Source: Bacteroidales bacterium
GTDB lineage: Bacteria; Bacteroidota; Bacteroidia; Bacteroidales; P3
Assembly (NCBI GenBank): GCA_017469625.1
Contig: JAFUGA010000027.1
Span: 7,628-71,627, forward strand
DNA: 64,000 bases
Direction: 5' to 3'
Shown: positions 36,898 through 47,445 of the stretch, piece after piece
How positions within the stretch are numbered: position 1 is the stretch's first letter
Layout: each line of letters starts with the position of its first letter
Program-made: the position numbers and the translations under genes
Notes under the pieces: model-generated
What the model saw: the letters and a program-made list of their open reading frames with translations, nothing else
Told to the model about the DNA's origin: nothing
Databases searched by the model: none

Positions 36898-37686
36898 ATG
36901 AACTTTCTCACAATAGATTTTGAGGAGTGGTATAACGTTTTTGGAGTAGATACTTCAAAGTATGAAAAAGAAAAACGTTTGAAAGAAAGTTGTCTTTCTT
37001 TGCTTGAGGTTTTGGAAGAAACAAACACTTCTGCTACTTTTTTCTTTTTGGGTAAGGATATAAAGGATAACAAAGATTTAGTCAAACTTATATCTTCCAA
37101 ATACGATATAGGCATACACGGTTATGAACATAAACTATTGCAACACTTGGATATACATTCTTTTAAAGAAGATACACTAAAAGCAAAAGAGATTTTAGAA
37201 GATGTTTCTAATAAGGTCGTTACCAAATACCGAGCAGCAGGATTTTCATTGGAAAAGACAGAATTTTTTGAAGTCCTTTGCGATTGTGGGATAAAGATAG
37301 ACAGTTCTTTATCTGCTATAAATCATCAGTATGGTAAAAAAACAATCTCTTTGGACAACATACAGCAAATACATATACCAAATACAGAAAAATATATTAA
37401 AGAATACCCACCTACTATCTTCAATATCATAGGGTTTAAAGGCTTTTTGGGTGGTGGATATTTTAGAATACTTCCTTATAAATTTATTCATAATATTATA
37501 CTTTCAAGACAAAATCAAAAGAAAGATACTCTTATCTATATACACCCAAGAGATATAGATGAAACTCTTCCTTATATGAATGATGTTTCTTCGTTTAGAA
37601 ACTTTAAAAATAGGGTAGGAGTGAGCAAAACTAAAAACAAACTCAAACAAATCCTAACCACTTTCCCCTTTACTTCCATAGAATAA
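36898..37686 (+). CDS. polysaccharide deacetylase family protein (NodB-like with DUF3473-type C-terminus)
   Basis: 262 aa. LTIDFEEWYN, ATFFFLG, GIHGYEH and GGGYFRILPY motifs. Confidence 0.7.
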   Translation: MNFLTIDFEEWYNVFGVDTSKYEKEKRLKESCLSLLEVLEETNTSATFFFLGKDIKDNKDLVKLISSKYDIGIHGYEHKLLQHLDIHSFKEDTLKAKEILEDVSNKVVTKYRAAGFSLEKTEFFEVLCDCGIKIDSSLSAINHQYGKKTISLDNIQQIHIPNTEKYIKEYPPTIFNIIGFKGFLGGGYFRILPYKFIHNIILSRQNQKKDTLIYIHPRDIDETLPYMNDVSSFRNFKNRVGVSKTKNKLKQILTTFPFTSIE

Positions 37687-37691
37687 AAGAG

Positions 37692-37732
37692 AAAATTACG
37701 CTTTGAAACATTATGCTTCAAAGCGTAATTTT
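37692..37732 (+). terminator. strong rho-independent (bidirectional-type) terminator closing the polysaccharide locus
   Basis: Perfect 16-bp stem AAAATTACGCTTTGAA (37692-37707) / TTCAAAGCGTAATTTT (37717-37732) with a 9-nt loop. Starts 6 nt after the stop at 37686. Confidence 0.8.
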
Positions 37733-37778
37733 ATAAATTTGTCTTCTTTTTATAAGATTTTACTCTATTTTTACGAAA

Positions 37779-37883
37779 TATTGTTTCGTTCTCGTAAAGC
37801 TTTGTTTTAATTTTCTAAAACAAAGAGATAGAAAAATAAAACAAAGTTCTACAAAATTAAAACAAAGTTTCGCTGAAGCAAAA
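37779..37883. repeat. phased 21-bp repeat array, copy F (5 units)
   Basis: CTTTGTTTTAATTTTCTAAAA (37800) / CAAAGAGATAGAAAAATAAAA / CAAAGTTCTACAAAATTAAAA / CAAAGTTTCGCTGAAGCAAAA, preceded by a TTTCGTTCTCGTAAAG terminal-type unit. Confidence 0.85.
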
Positions 37884-37952
37884 CAAAATCTTATGTTTTT
37901 ATAATATAAGATAGACAAGGTACGTTAATAAGAAGATAGTATAAAATACAGA

Positions 37953-38822
37953 ATGCACTTTGTTGAAGTAAAAAATATTCTTACGGGAGTGAACAATGGA
38001 ATGAACGTTTATAGGGGTTGCGTTCATGGGTGTGTCTATTGCGATACGAGAAGTAATTGTTATGGCTTTACTCACGCAATGGAAGATGTGGAGGTAAAAC
38101 AAAATGCAGTGGAATTATTGGATAACACTTTGAAACACAAGAAACAAAGATGTATGATAGGAACAGGCTCTATGGCAGACCCATACCAGCCTTGCGAAAA
38201 AGGGTTGTTGATTACGAGAAAGTGTTTAGAGGTTATTCTAAAAAGAGGTTTCGGTGCTACTATGATAACTAAATCCGATTTGGTTTTGAGAGATTTGGAC
38301 TTTTTAAAGGAAATAAATCATAGGTCTAAATGCGTGGTTCAGATAACATTGACTTGTACAGATGATGTTTTGAGCAAAAAGATAGAACCCAACGTTTGTA
38401 CCACTAACGAGAGAATAAAAGTATTGGAAACGCTGAAATACAATAATATACCTACAGTTGTTTGGCTTTCGCCTATACTTCCTTTTATTACAGATACGAA
38501 AGAGAATATCAAAAACATACTTGAAGCCTGTGTATCAACGAACGTAAAAGGTATAGTTTGTTTTGGAATGGGTATGACCTTAAGAAAGGGTAATAGAGAA
38601 TATTTTTATGATTTCCTTGATAAGTTTTATCCTCCTTTGAAACAGAAATATATAGATACATTCAGAGAAGATTATCAACTTTCTTCACCAAACAATAAAG
38701 AGTTGATGACTATGTATTACGAGGTTTGTGATAAACACAATATTATCTCATATCCAAATGATGTTTTCAATTATTTAAAAGACTTCCCAAAGAAAGAAAA
38801 ACAGTTGGAACTAATGTTTTAA
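37953..38822 (+). CDS. radical SAM protein (SPL/COG1533-like)
   Basis: 289 aa. CxxxCxxC cluster motif GCVHGCVYCDTR near the N-terminus. Confidence 0.8.
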   Translation: MHFVEVKNILTGVNNGMNVYRGCVHGCVYCDTRSNCYGFTHAMEDVEVKQNAVELLDNTLKHKKQRCMIGTGSMADPYQPCEKGLLITRKCLEVILKRGFGATMITKSDLVLRDLDFLKEINHRSKCVVQITLTCTDDVLSKKIEPNVCTTNERIKVLETLKYNNIPTVVWLSPILPFITDTKENIKNILEACVSTNVKGIVCFGMGMTLRKGNREYFYDFLDKFYPPLKQKYIDTFREDYQLSSPNNKELMTMYYEVCDKHNIISYPNDVFNYLKDFPKKEKQLELMF

Positions 38823-38922
38823 CAGAGAGATTTCGTTAAGTTTTTTTATGTTAAAGTTATATTTTTTTCGGTGTTTTGAAACATTTTAAGGCAAAATAGC
38901 ATTGTTTTTTAGAAAATTTCTC

Positions 38923-38930
38923 TATCTTTG
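38923..38930 (+). promoter_or_regulatory. -7 promoter box TATCTTTG
   Basis: TAnnTTTG match 39 nt upstream of the ATG at 38970. Confidence 0.45.
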
Positions 38931-38969
38931 CAAAATCATAATTTTAACATAAAAAAAATAAAAAGACCC

Positions 38970-40697
38970 ATGAGAAAAAAGTCCTTTCTTTATTTGATTG
39001 CTTCTTTCACAGTTCTTGTTTTTTATAGTTGTGTAGATGAAAACGACTTTGATGTTGATAGAATTGCACGTACTACTCTAAAACCCACGGTAGAAGCAAA
39101 TTTAATTGATGTAGATTTCTATTTAAGCGACTTCTTTAGTTTTGATTCCATTACAGACGAAAAAGAAGGTGTGGAATTGGTTACCGTTTATGATGCAAAC
39201 GGGAATTATGACTACATGCAGATAGAAGTAGATAAGAACTTCTCTATATCAGAGGAAGATATAGTAGATTTCAACACTGTTATGGAAATACCAGATGTAG
39301 AACTAAATCTTGGTAGTGTGTATATACCAGCATTGGGTGGTATAACAGGAACATACACCCTGGCTTCAAACCAAGATGCTTCTATTATAGTAGCACCATT
39401 TGAACCTGTAGAAGAACACAGACAAATAGACAGTGCATGGCTTTCAAATGCAGATATTAGAGTTGCTACTTCTTCGGCTTTGCCTGTTACTTTGAAATTA
39501 GTAATCTATTCTTCAAGCATAAAAAGTCCTGCAGGTGAAACTCTAAGAGATACTCTTGTACTTTCATCTACTTCTTTGTCAGATGTAGTAGAGTTGAACA
39601 ATTACAGAGTATATCTTGATAAAATGACAGGTTCAGACAGTTCAAAGATAGATTTAAAATACGACCTTTTAGCAGAAATGGAAACTGCAACGGTTGCAGG
39701 TAACTATGATTTGGATTTGAGTTTGAGTTTTGCCAATGGACAATTGGGACTTTGGGATATAGCTTTGGCATACGGTAAAGTAGGTTCTTTGCAATTGGAT
39801 TACAACGATACAGTATTTATCAATTATTTCAGCGGAGAAGATTTTGCAGAGATAGTTAAACCAGGAGATTTTGATTTTGAGGATATGTTTATGAATTTGG
39901 AAGTAAGAACAAACATAGGTTTAGGTTGCGATGTTGATTTCTCTTCATTGATAACGGAGAGTGCTGGAGAGTTGAAACACAACCTTATAAACGGAACACA
40001 AGGTTTGTTCTTAAACAGAGCATTAAATCCTAACACAGAATCTGTTACTACTTATGCATTTGGTAAAAATACAGAGAGAACAATAAACACTACAGCTTTT
40101 GAAATGTTGCCTGATAAGTTGATATACAACATTAAGTTCAACCTTAGAGATGTAGATACTTTGATAAACGGTGTTCATTACCCAAGTTTTGTTTATCCTA
40201 ACTCATCTTATATAAATGTAAACTCACATTTCATTGTTCCATTGAAAACAAAGATTATGAATCTTTCTACTGTACAAGATATAGGCGATATGAAATTCTT
40301 GCAAGAAGATGGAGGAGTGGGGGATTATCTTGAATCTGTGGATTTGATGATAGAACTAACCAATTCTTTTCCAGCAGATTTAGACTTTAATATTGTATTA
40401 AGAAAAGATGACGGTACAGTATATGACACTATACTTGATGCACCTGTACATATTGCATCAGCAACAGTGGATAACGAAGGAAGAGTGGGCAGTGCTACCA
40501 ATACAAGTTTTACACGTAGGATTACAAAAGAGAAGTACGAAGCCTTGAGAGATGCAGAAAAAGTAGGAGCAAGCATAATCCTAAATACAGGTAAATCTAC
40601 TGATGGAACACAACATTATATTAAGTTTGACAAAGACTCAAAAGTTAATCTAAAACTTAGAGTAAAAGCAAATACTGCTATAGGATTTGATATATAA
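38970..40697 (+). CDS. hypothetical lipoprotein (575 aa)
   Basis: Start moved from the tracked TTG at 38928 (which overlaps the promoter box) to the ATG at 38970, giving MRKKSFLYLIASFTVLVFYSC with a lipobox. No recognisable domain. Confidence 0.5.
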   Translation: MRKKSFLYLIASFTVLVFYSCVDENDFDVDRIARTTLKPTVEANLIDVDFYLSDFFSFDSITDEKEGVELVTVYDANGNYDYMQIEVDKNFSISEEDIVDFNTVMEIPDVELNLGSVYIPALGGITGTYTLASNQDASIIVAPFEPVEEHRQIDSAWLSNADIRVATSSALPVTLKLVIYSSSIKSPAGETLRDTLVLSSTSLSDVVELNNYRVYLDKMTGSDSSKIDLKYDLLAEMETATVAGNYDLDLSLSFANGQLGLWDIALAYGKVGSLQLDYNDTVFINYFSGEDFAEIVKPGDFDFEDMFMNLEVRTNIGLGCDVDFSSLITESAGELKHNLINGTQGLFLNRALNPNTESVTTYAFGKNTERTINTTAFEMLPDKLIYNIKFNLRDVDTLINGVHYPSFVYPNSSYINVNSHFIVPLKTKIMNLSTVQDIGDMKFLQEDGGVGDYLESVDLMIELTNSFPADLDFNIVLRKDDGTVYDTILDAPVHIASATVDNEGRVGSATNTSFTRRITKEKYEALRDAEKVGASIILNTGKSTDGTQHYIKFDKDSKVNLKLRVKANTAIGFDI

Positions 40698-40718
40698 ACC
40701 TTTAAATTTGATAGAATT

Positions 40719-42128
40719 ATGAGAAATATAAGAATAATAGTTTTGTTTGCATCTTTGCTTGCCTTTGTATCTACTTTGAATGCACAGAGATTAGGTGATG
40801 CAGTATATTTTAGTTCTTTGCCACAAGCATCTCAATACAATCCTGCTTTTCACGGCGACAATTCATTCTATCTTTCTATACCTGCATTAGGTAAGTTGGG
40901 ATTTAATTTCAACACATCTGGCTTTGCATGGCACGATTTTGTAAATCAACACCCAGATTATAAAGATTCATTGAGATTGGATTTTGAAGGTTTTGATAAG
41001 AAACTAAAAGATAATAATTATTTTGATTTAGGTTTCACTGACGAAATCTTAGGTTTTGGTTTTAAAATAGGAAAAAATCACTTCTCATTTGACGTTTTGT
41101 TGAATGTAGAAACAAAGTTGTCTTTCTCAAAAGGTTTGTTTGACCTTATAGTCTATGGAACGGATTACAAGGATAAACACATGAATATTTTTGATAAGAA
41201 ATTATTAGATGTAAATGCTTATGTGTCATACGCTTTAGGGTTATTCAGAGAGATAAACGATAAACTTACTGTCGGAGGAAACTTAAAGATGTATATGGGT
41301 TTGGCAAATGTTTCTTCAAAGAAAACAAACGTTCATTTGGATTTTAGAAACGACAAAATACAAACTTTGAGTGATGTAGAGATAAATACTGCTAACTCAT
41401 TCATACATTGGTATATGACAGGAGATAATCTTTTCAAAGATGGTTCTGTAGAAAACGATGATTTTAAACTTTCACTGAACAATATGGGATTTGGTTTTGA
41501 TGTTGGTGCATCTTACAAACTGAACGAGGATATGCAACTTAGTTTCTCTTTGGTAGATGTTGGTTATATAAAATGGAAATCCAATGCTAACACTGTACGT
41601 TCAAAACACCCTAATACACCTGTTGAGTTCTCTGGTATAAGGACTTCATACAATAATATTGGAGATGATATAGACCAATACCTTGATGATATAGTAGATA
41701 GTTTGAAATATGCTTTTGACCTTGAAACAGTAGAAAATTCAGGCTATACTACTATGGTACCTACAAAGGTTTATTTGGGATATTCTTGGGAGTTCTTTTC
41801 ACATAACTATTTGAACGCTTTGTATAAAGGTCGTTTCATAGGTGGAGGTTATGAAAATTCTTTGATGCTTAACTATAGTTTCAAAATGAAATACTTCCAA
41901 CTTTCATTGGGAAATACTTTTGCATCTAAGTTCTTTAATCCTAATGTGTTTGTATCTCTTGCCGATATATTCTATTTTGGTGCTTCTTTTGCATCTTCTC
42001 TAAATGCAGCAGACGCAAGCGGTTTGTCATTTCAATTTGGTTTCAACGTTGCTTTGAAATCAAAAACCGAAAAGAAAACACAAGTAGAAGACACACCAAA
42101 ACAAGACGTTTCATTCTTAGAAAAATAA
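40719..42128 (+). CDS. hypothetical outer-membrane protein (beta-barrel-like)
   Basis: 469 aa. Signal peptide ...STLNAQ. Alternating beta-strand-like pattern with frequent aromatic residues. N-terminal SQYNPAF is loosely reminiscent of PorP/SprF-type OMPs. Confidence 0.4.
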   Translation: MRNIRIIVLFASLLAFVSTLNAQRLGDAVYFSSLPQASQYNPAFHGDNSFYLSIPALGKLGFNFNTSGFAWHDFVNQHPDYKDSLRLDFEGFDKKLKDNNYFDLGFTDEILGFGFKIGKNHFSFDVLLNVETKLSFSKGLFDLIVYGTDYKDKHMNIFDKKLLDVNAYVSYALGLFREINDKLTVGGNLKMYMGLANVSSKKTNVHLDFRNDKIQTLSDVEINTANSFIHWYMTGDNLFKDGSVENDDFKLSLNNMGFGFDVGASYKLNEDMQLSFSLVDVGYIKWKSNANTVRSKHPNTPVEFSGIRTSYNNIGDDIDQYLDDIVDSLKYAFDLETVENSGYTTMVPTKVYLGYSWEFFSHNYLNALYKGRFIGGGYENSLMLNYSFKMKYFQLSLGNTFASKFFNPNVFVSLADIFYFGASFASSLNAADASGLSFQFGFNVALKSKTEKKTQVEDTPKQDVSFLEK

Positions 42129-42151
42129 CCCACCCAAACATATTCACAAAC

Positions 42152-42181
42152 AAAAGGGAATACATTTTGTATTCCCTTTTT
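42152..42181. terminator. bidirectional rho-independent terminator between convergent genes
   Basis: AAAAGGGAATAC (42152-42163) pairs with GTATTCCCTTTT (42169-42180). An A-run and a T-run flank the stem. Confidence 0.75.
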
Positions 42182-42205
42182 CTTTACTTTGAAAACACTA
42201 ACAAA

Positions 42206-43330
42206 CTATTCTTCTTTTGGTGGTATTTTTATATCATTTTCTATCAATATGTTCATAAGTTTGGAAGCATATTCGTGTTCAGAATTATATAATTCTTTAT
42301 AATTCTGTATGCACATATCATCAAATGGTTCAGGCATCTGCACTACTTTTACATCAGCAGTCATTTTGTCTGTTGTTATTGACTTTAGAGTTTTTGATAT
42401 TTCAATAAGTTGTTTTTCTGTTTCATTTTGCTCTCTTTCTTTTGGTAACGCGAGTGAAATTAGAAACGCAATGCAAAAACCAATGAATAATACAAAAACT
42501 AATACTTTCACAAGTTCTCCAGTAAAAATTTCTTTGATAATAGTTTTCCAAGTCATATTCTCAGATGTTTTAAATGTTTTATTATCATTTAACCAACCAA
42601 AAATAGTCATTGCATTACGCATTGCTTTAGATTTTAAAATAATAATTCCTTCTTCTATATTACCATTTTCATTTAATCCTAAGTATGTTTCTTTCATTGC
42701 TTGCTGAAGAGTACTGTCAATATAATATGTCATATCAAGTCCGTTTTTTTCTATATATTTAAGACTTCGTAACATTTTACCTATACGATTATTGACATAT
42801 TGCCAACCATCTTCCCATTTTAGGTTTGGATTTTCTTTCATAATAGAACTATGAAAAAATTCTGCACAATCTGATATTGTTGCAAGATAAGGAAGTGCGA
42901 ATACAGAAATAGCAACGGTGTCCTCTTTTTTTGGTGGACTACACCCAGCACTTATTGCACTATAGTATGCATATAATACATCACTATAGAGGTCATTATA
43001 AGACCTGTTTACCATAGAATCCGGAAAAGAGAATGGTGCTGAAGAATCTTCGTTTTTTTTTACTACAATTTCAACAATATCTAGCAATATAGGACCATAC
43101 TTTATATTTAAAGAATCTATTATTGGTTTAACTTTTGCAGTATATTCAGCATTTGCTAATACACTTGATGCATCTGCATTCTTTTTTGCAATAATATCCT
43201 GCACATATAAACCAAACCAAAAAGTAATACAGATAAGTATGATATTGGAAAAAGTCATCCAATAATTAACTTTTTGCTCTTTTGCAATATTTCTGTAAAT
43301 ACGTCCGGGACATAAAGATTTTATTTTCAT
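42206..43330 (-). CDS. orphan hypothetical membrane protein (two TM segments flanking a ~240-aa domain)
   Basis: 374 aa. TM1 WMTFSNIILICITFWFGLYV and TM2 LVKVLVFVLFIGFCIAFLISLAL. No motif recognised. Confidence 0.5.
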   Translation of the reverse strand: MKIKSLCPGRIYRNIAKEQKVNYWMTFSNIILICITFWFGLYVQDIIAKKNADASSVLANAEYTAKVKPIIDSLNIKYGPILLDIVEIVVKKNEDSSAPFSFPDSMVNRSYNDLYSDVLYAYYSAISAGCSPPKKEDTVAISVFALPYLATISDCAEFFHSSIMKENPNLKWEDGWQYVNNRIGKMLRSLKYIEKNGLDMTYYIDSTLQQAMKETYLGLNENGNIEEGIIILKSKAMRNAMTIFGWLNDNKTFKTSENMTWKTIIKEIFTGELVKVLVFVLFIGFCIAFLISLALPKEREQNETEKQLIEISKTLKSITTDKMTADVKVVQMPEPFDDMCIQNYKELYNSEHEYASKLMNILIENDIKIPPKEE

Positions 43331-43649
43331 TTTTTTATTTTTCCTTTGGTGATTTCTTCAAAAGAGAGGATATTCCTTCTATACCCTAAATAAGATTGCA
43401 CAAAAAAAAGCGTGAAACCACATATCCTTTATTATATCTCTTCCAGCAGGTACCTGAGAAATAACCCGAATCTAAAAGATATAAAACGAGTGATAACACG
43501 CTGCAAATGCAGTAAGTAATTCACACGCTCAAAACTTGTTAGATTCAAAAAGTTTCTCAGGCTTTTGCTTGGAACAAGTTATACAAGCATAACGCTTTAC
43601 TCTAAAAACTGTAAAATTATACAGTTGCCTATTCCACAATAAGCAAGTG

Positions 43650-43657
43650 CAAAGATA
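43650..43657 (-). promoter_or_regulatory. -7 promoter box TATCTTTG about 320 nt upstream of the ORF at 43330
   Basis: Plus strand reads CAAAGATA. It is followed on the minus strand by an ORF-free, visibly more GC-rich block with nested helices. Confidence 0.35.
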
Positions 43658-43805
43658 GTCTTTTTTTCTTTCTTAACAAAAAAAATAAACTTAATTGTCT
43701 TTTATCTTATAGTGAAATTAACAAACACTATCAAAACGAAATAAAACATCATCTTACAAAAACAATATGGAATTTTAGAACAGTTGATAGAAATGGTAGA
43801 GGTCT

Positions 43806-44070
43806 GAAACTTTGTTTTAGATTTATAAAAAGGTATTTTCGGACAAAAATATATTCTTTTTAGAATACTAAAAGGTATTTTAGAACACTATTTTTTAACT
43901 TTATTATTACAAAGTTTTCCTTGAATTTTCTAACTCTTTATTCTAATTTTCTAAAACGAAGAGATAGAAAATTAGAACGAAGTTCTACAAAATTAGAATC
44001 AAGTTTTAGAAAACTAAAACAAAGAGATAGAAAATTAAAACAAAGTTCTACAGAATTAAAACTTTGTTTT
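43806..44070. repeat. phased 21-bp repeat array, copy G (6 clean units at 43936-44061 plus a degenerate upstream part)
   Basis: CTTTATTCTAATTTTCTAAAA / CGAAGAGATAGAAAATTAGAA / CGAAGTTCTACAAAATTAGAA / TCAAGTTTTAGAAAACTAAAA / CAAAGAGATAGAAAATTAAAA / CAAAGTTCTACAGAATTAAAA. Confidence 0.85.
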
Positions 44071-44091
44071 GTGGGGAGGTGGTAGGAAAAA

Positions 44092-44133
44092 GAAAACAAA
44101 CAAGATGATTTTATAAAAATCTTGTTTGTTTTC
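44092..44133 (-). terminator. rho-independent terminator downstream of the Sel1-repeat gene
   Basis: Perfect 15-bp stem GAAAACAAACAAGAT (44092-44106) / ATCTTGTTTGTTTTC (44119-44133). A T-run follows on the minus strand. Confidence 0.75.
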
Positions 44134-44159
44134 TGTGTATTTAATTAAGAATAAGGAGT

Positions 44160-44714
44160 TTAGTATTGAAAACTTTCTTTTGCAGGGTTTTCATTGTATT
44201 GTTTTATCCAATAGTTTGCCATATAATTGCTTTGTGCTACTCCTTGTCCATACATATAGCAGACACTGAGATTGTATTGTGCTGTTTTATGTCCTTGTTT
44301 GGCTGCTTTTTCAAAAAGTTTGAATGCCATTTTGTCATTAACCTCAACACCTTTTCCGAAAAGATAACATCTGCCAAGATTGTATTGTGCGTTTGCGTTG
44401 CCTTTGTCCGCAGCCATCTTGTACCAATAAAGTGCCTTTGTCATATAAGAAGGTTTCAAAGTGTCCTTTTCGTACAATGAACCTGCACGGTTTTGTGCCT
44501 CAGTATGACCTTGAACGGCTGCTTGTTCAAACCAAAACAATGCAGAGTCTAAATCTCTTATTACTTCTTTGCCTTCAGAAAATATTTTACCTAATTGGTA
44601 CTGTGCCTCTGTGTTTCCATCTTGTGCCAAAAGGCGAAAATCTTCCATAGTTTGAGCCTTTAGACCCAAAGATATGAAACATAATACTAATATTGCTAAC
44701 CTTTTCATTATCAT
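44160..44714 (-). CDS. Sel1-repeat (SLR/TPR-like) secreted protein
   Basis: 184 aa. Signal peptide, then four repeats of the A.Y.LG..Y..G.GV..D...A..W..KAA..G...AQ type. Confidence 0.85.
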   Translation of the reverse strand: MIMKRLAILVLCFISLGLKAQTMEDFRLLAQDGNTEAQYQLGKIFSEGKEVIRDLDSALFWFEQAAVQGHTEAQNRAGSLYEKDTLKPSYMTKALYWYKMAADKGNANAQYNLGRCYLFGKGVEVNDKMAFKLFEKAAKQGHKTAQYNLSVCYMYGQGVAQSNYMANYWIKQYNENPAKESFQY

Positions 44715-45233
44715 TTATCTAAGATGTTCGCTGGAACGTACAAGTTGTTCGTCTTTTCTTATACCATTACGAGCAAAAACCAACATTAACATTTGTATTA
44801 TAGGACAATATGATGCAAAACCGTAACTTATATCGTAACTGTCCAAGTAGGTTTTCAACAAATCCTCTCTTCCTTTGCAGAATACAGCAAGAATATCTTT
44901 CAAACCTGCATCTACTTGATATAAAAACAAATAACAAGTATATGCAACGAGAACCAAAAATGCTAAAGCCACGATTTTCAATTGTAACTGTCTGTTTTTG
45001 TACAAGAAAATAGATATTATACTTAAGACTATAAAGACTATGTTAAGTATAATCAAAACCCAAACAGGATTTTGTTGATAAAAACTTGTGGAATCTATGC
45101 TTGCTGGTTTAGGTATTAGGTTGAAAATAATTGATTGGTCGGAAAGTACAAAATTTCCAATAGGGAAGAAGAATGCACTTATTGCAACAATTGCTGCCAA
45201 CGATAACCATAATGTTTGAATTCTTTGTATCAT
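44715..45233 (-). CDS. small multi-TM membrane protein (DUF4293-like)
   Basis: 172 aa. The N-terminus MIQRIQTLWLSLAAIV is characteristic of a conserved Bacteroidota membrane protein family. Confidence 0.55.
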   Translation of the reverse strand: MIQRIQTLWLSLAAIVAISAFFFPIGNFVLSDQSIIFNLIPKPASIDSTSFYQQNPVWVLIILNIVFIVLSIISIFLYKNRQLQLKIVALAFLVLVAYTCYLFLYQVDAGLKDILAVFCKGREDLLKTYLDSYDISYGFASYCPIIQMLMLVFARNGIRKDEQLVRSSEHLR

Positions 45234-45399
45234 AATTTTACTGTTTATTTTTGTTTAAATATTACTTACAGACATAGGTAACGAAAAAAGTATGCTTTTT
45301 ATTTTATAAAATCCTAATATTTTCTTGAAATAAAAAAAGAGAAGGAAGTTTTTATCTTCCTCCTCAATGCTTTATACTATAATTTTTTATTTTAATCTA

Positions 45400-47345
<1,946 letters not shown>

Positions 47346-47445
47346 CGTTAATATTATTTTAAGTTATTTTTATATCTTATTAAACTATTGTTTTTCTTTA
47401 TTAAGTTACTTGTATTTCTTAGAAATACGCAAACCCTAAGTCAAA

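Noticed and set aside
38928-38969. Tracked TTG start for the lipoprotein gene (and TTG starts at 50108 and 61699)
   Set aside because: The TTG at 38928 overlaps the -7 promoter box itself. In-frame ATGs at 38970, 50147 and 61705 give canonical N-termini (signal peptide/lipobox, antiporter N-terminus, GT4 N-terminus).
43331-43660. Assigning the structured block to a known RNA class (SRP/4.5S, 6S, RNase P, tmRNA, riboswitch)
   Set aside because: I could not find the diagnostic conserved motifs of any of these. It is left as an unclassified candidate rather than named.
47346-47445. CIRCE/HrcA operator upstream of groES
   Set aside because: No TTAGCACTC-N9-GAGTGCTAA-like inverted repeat is present in the upstream region.
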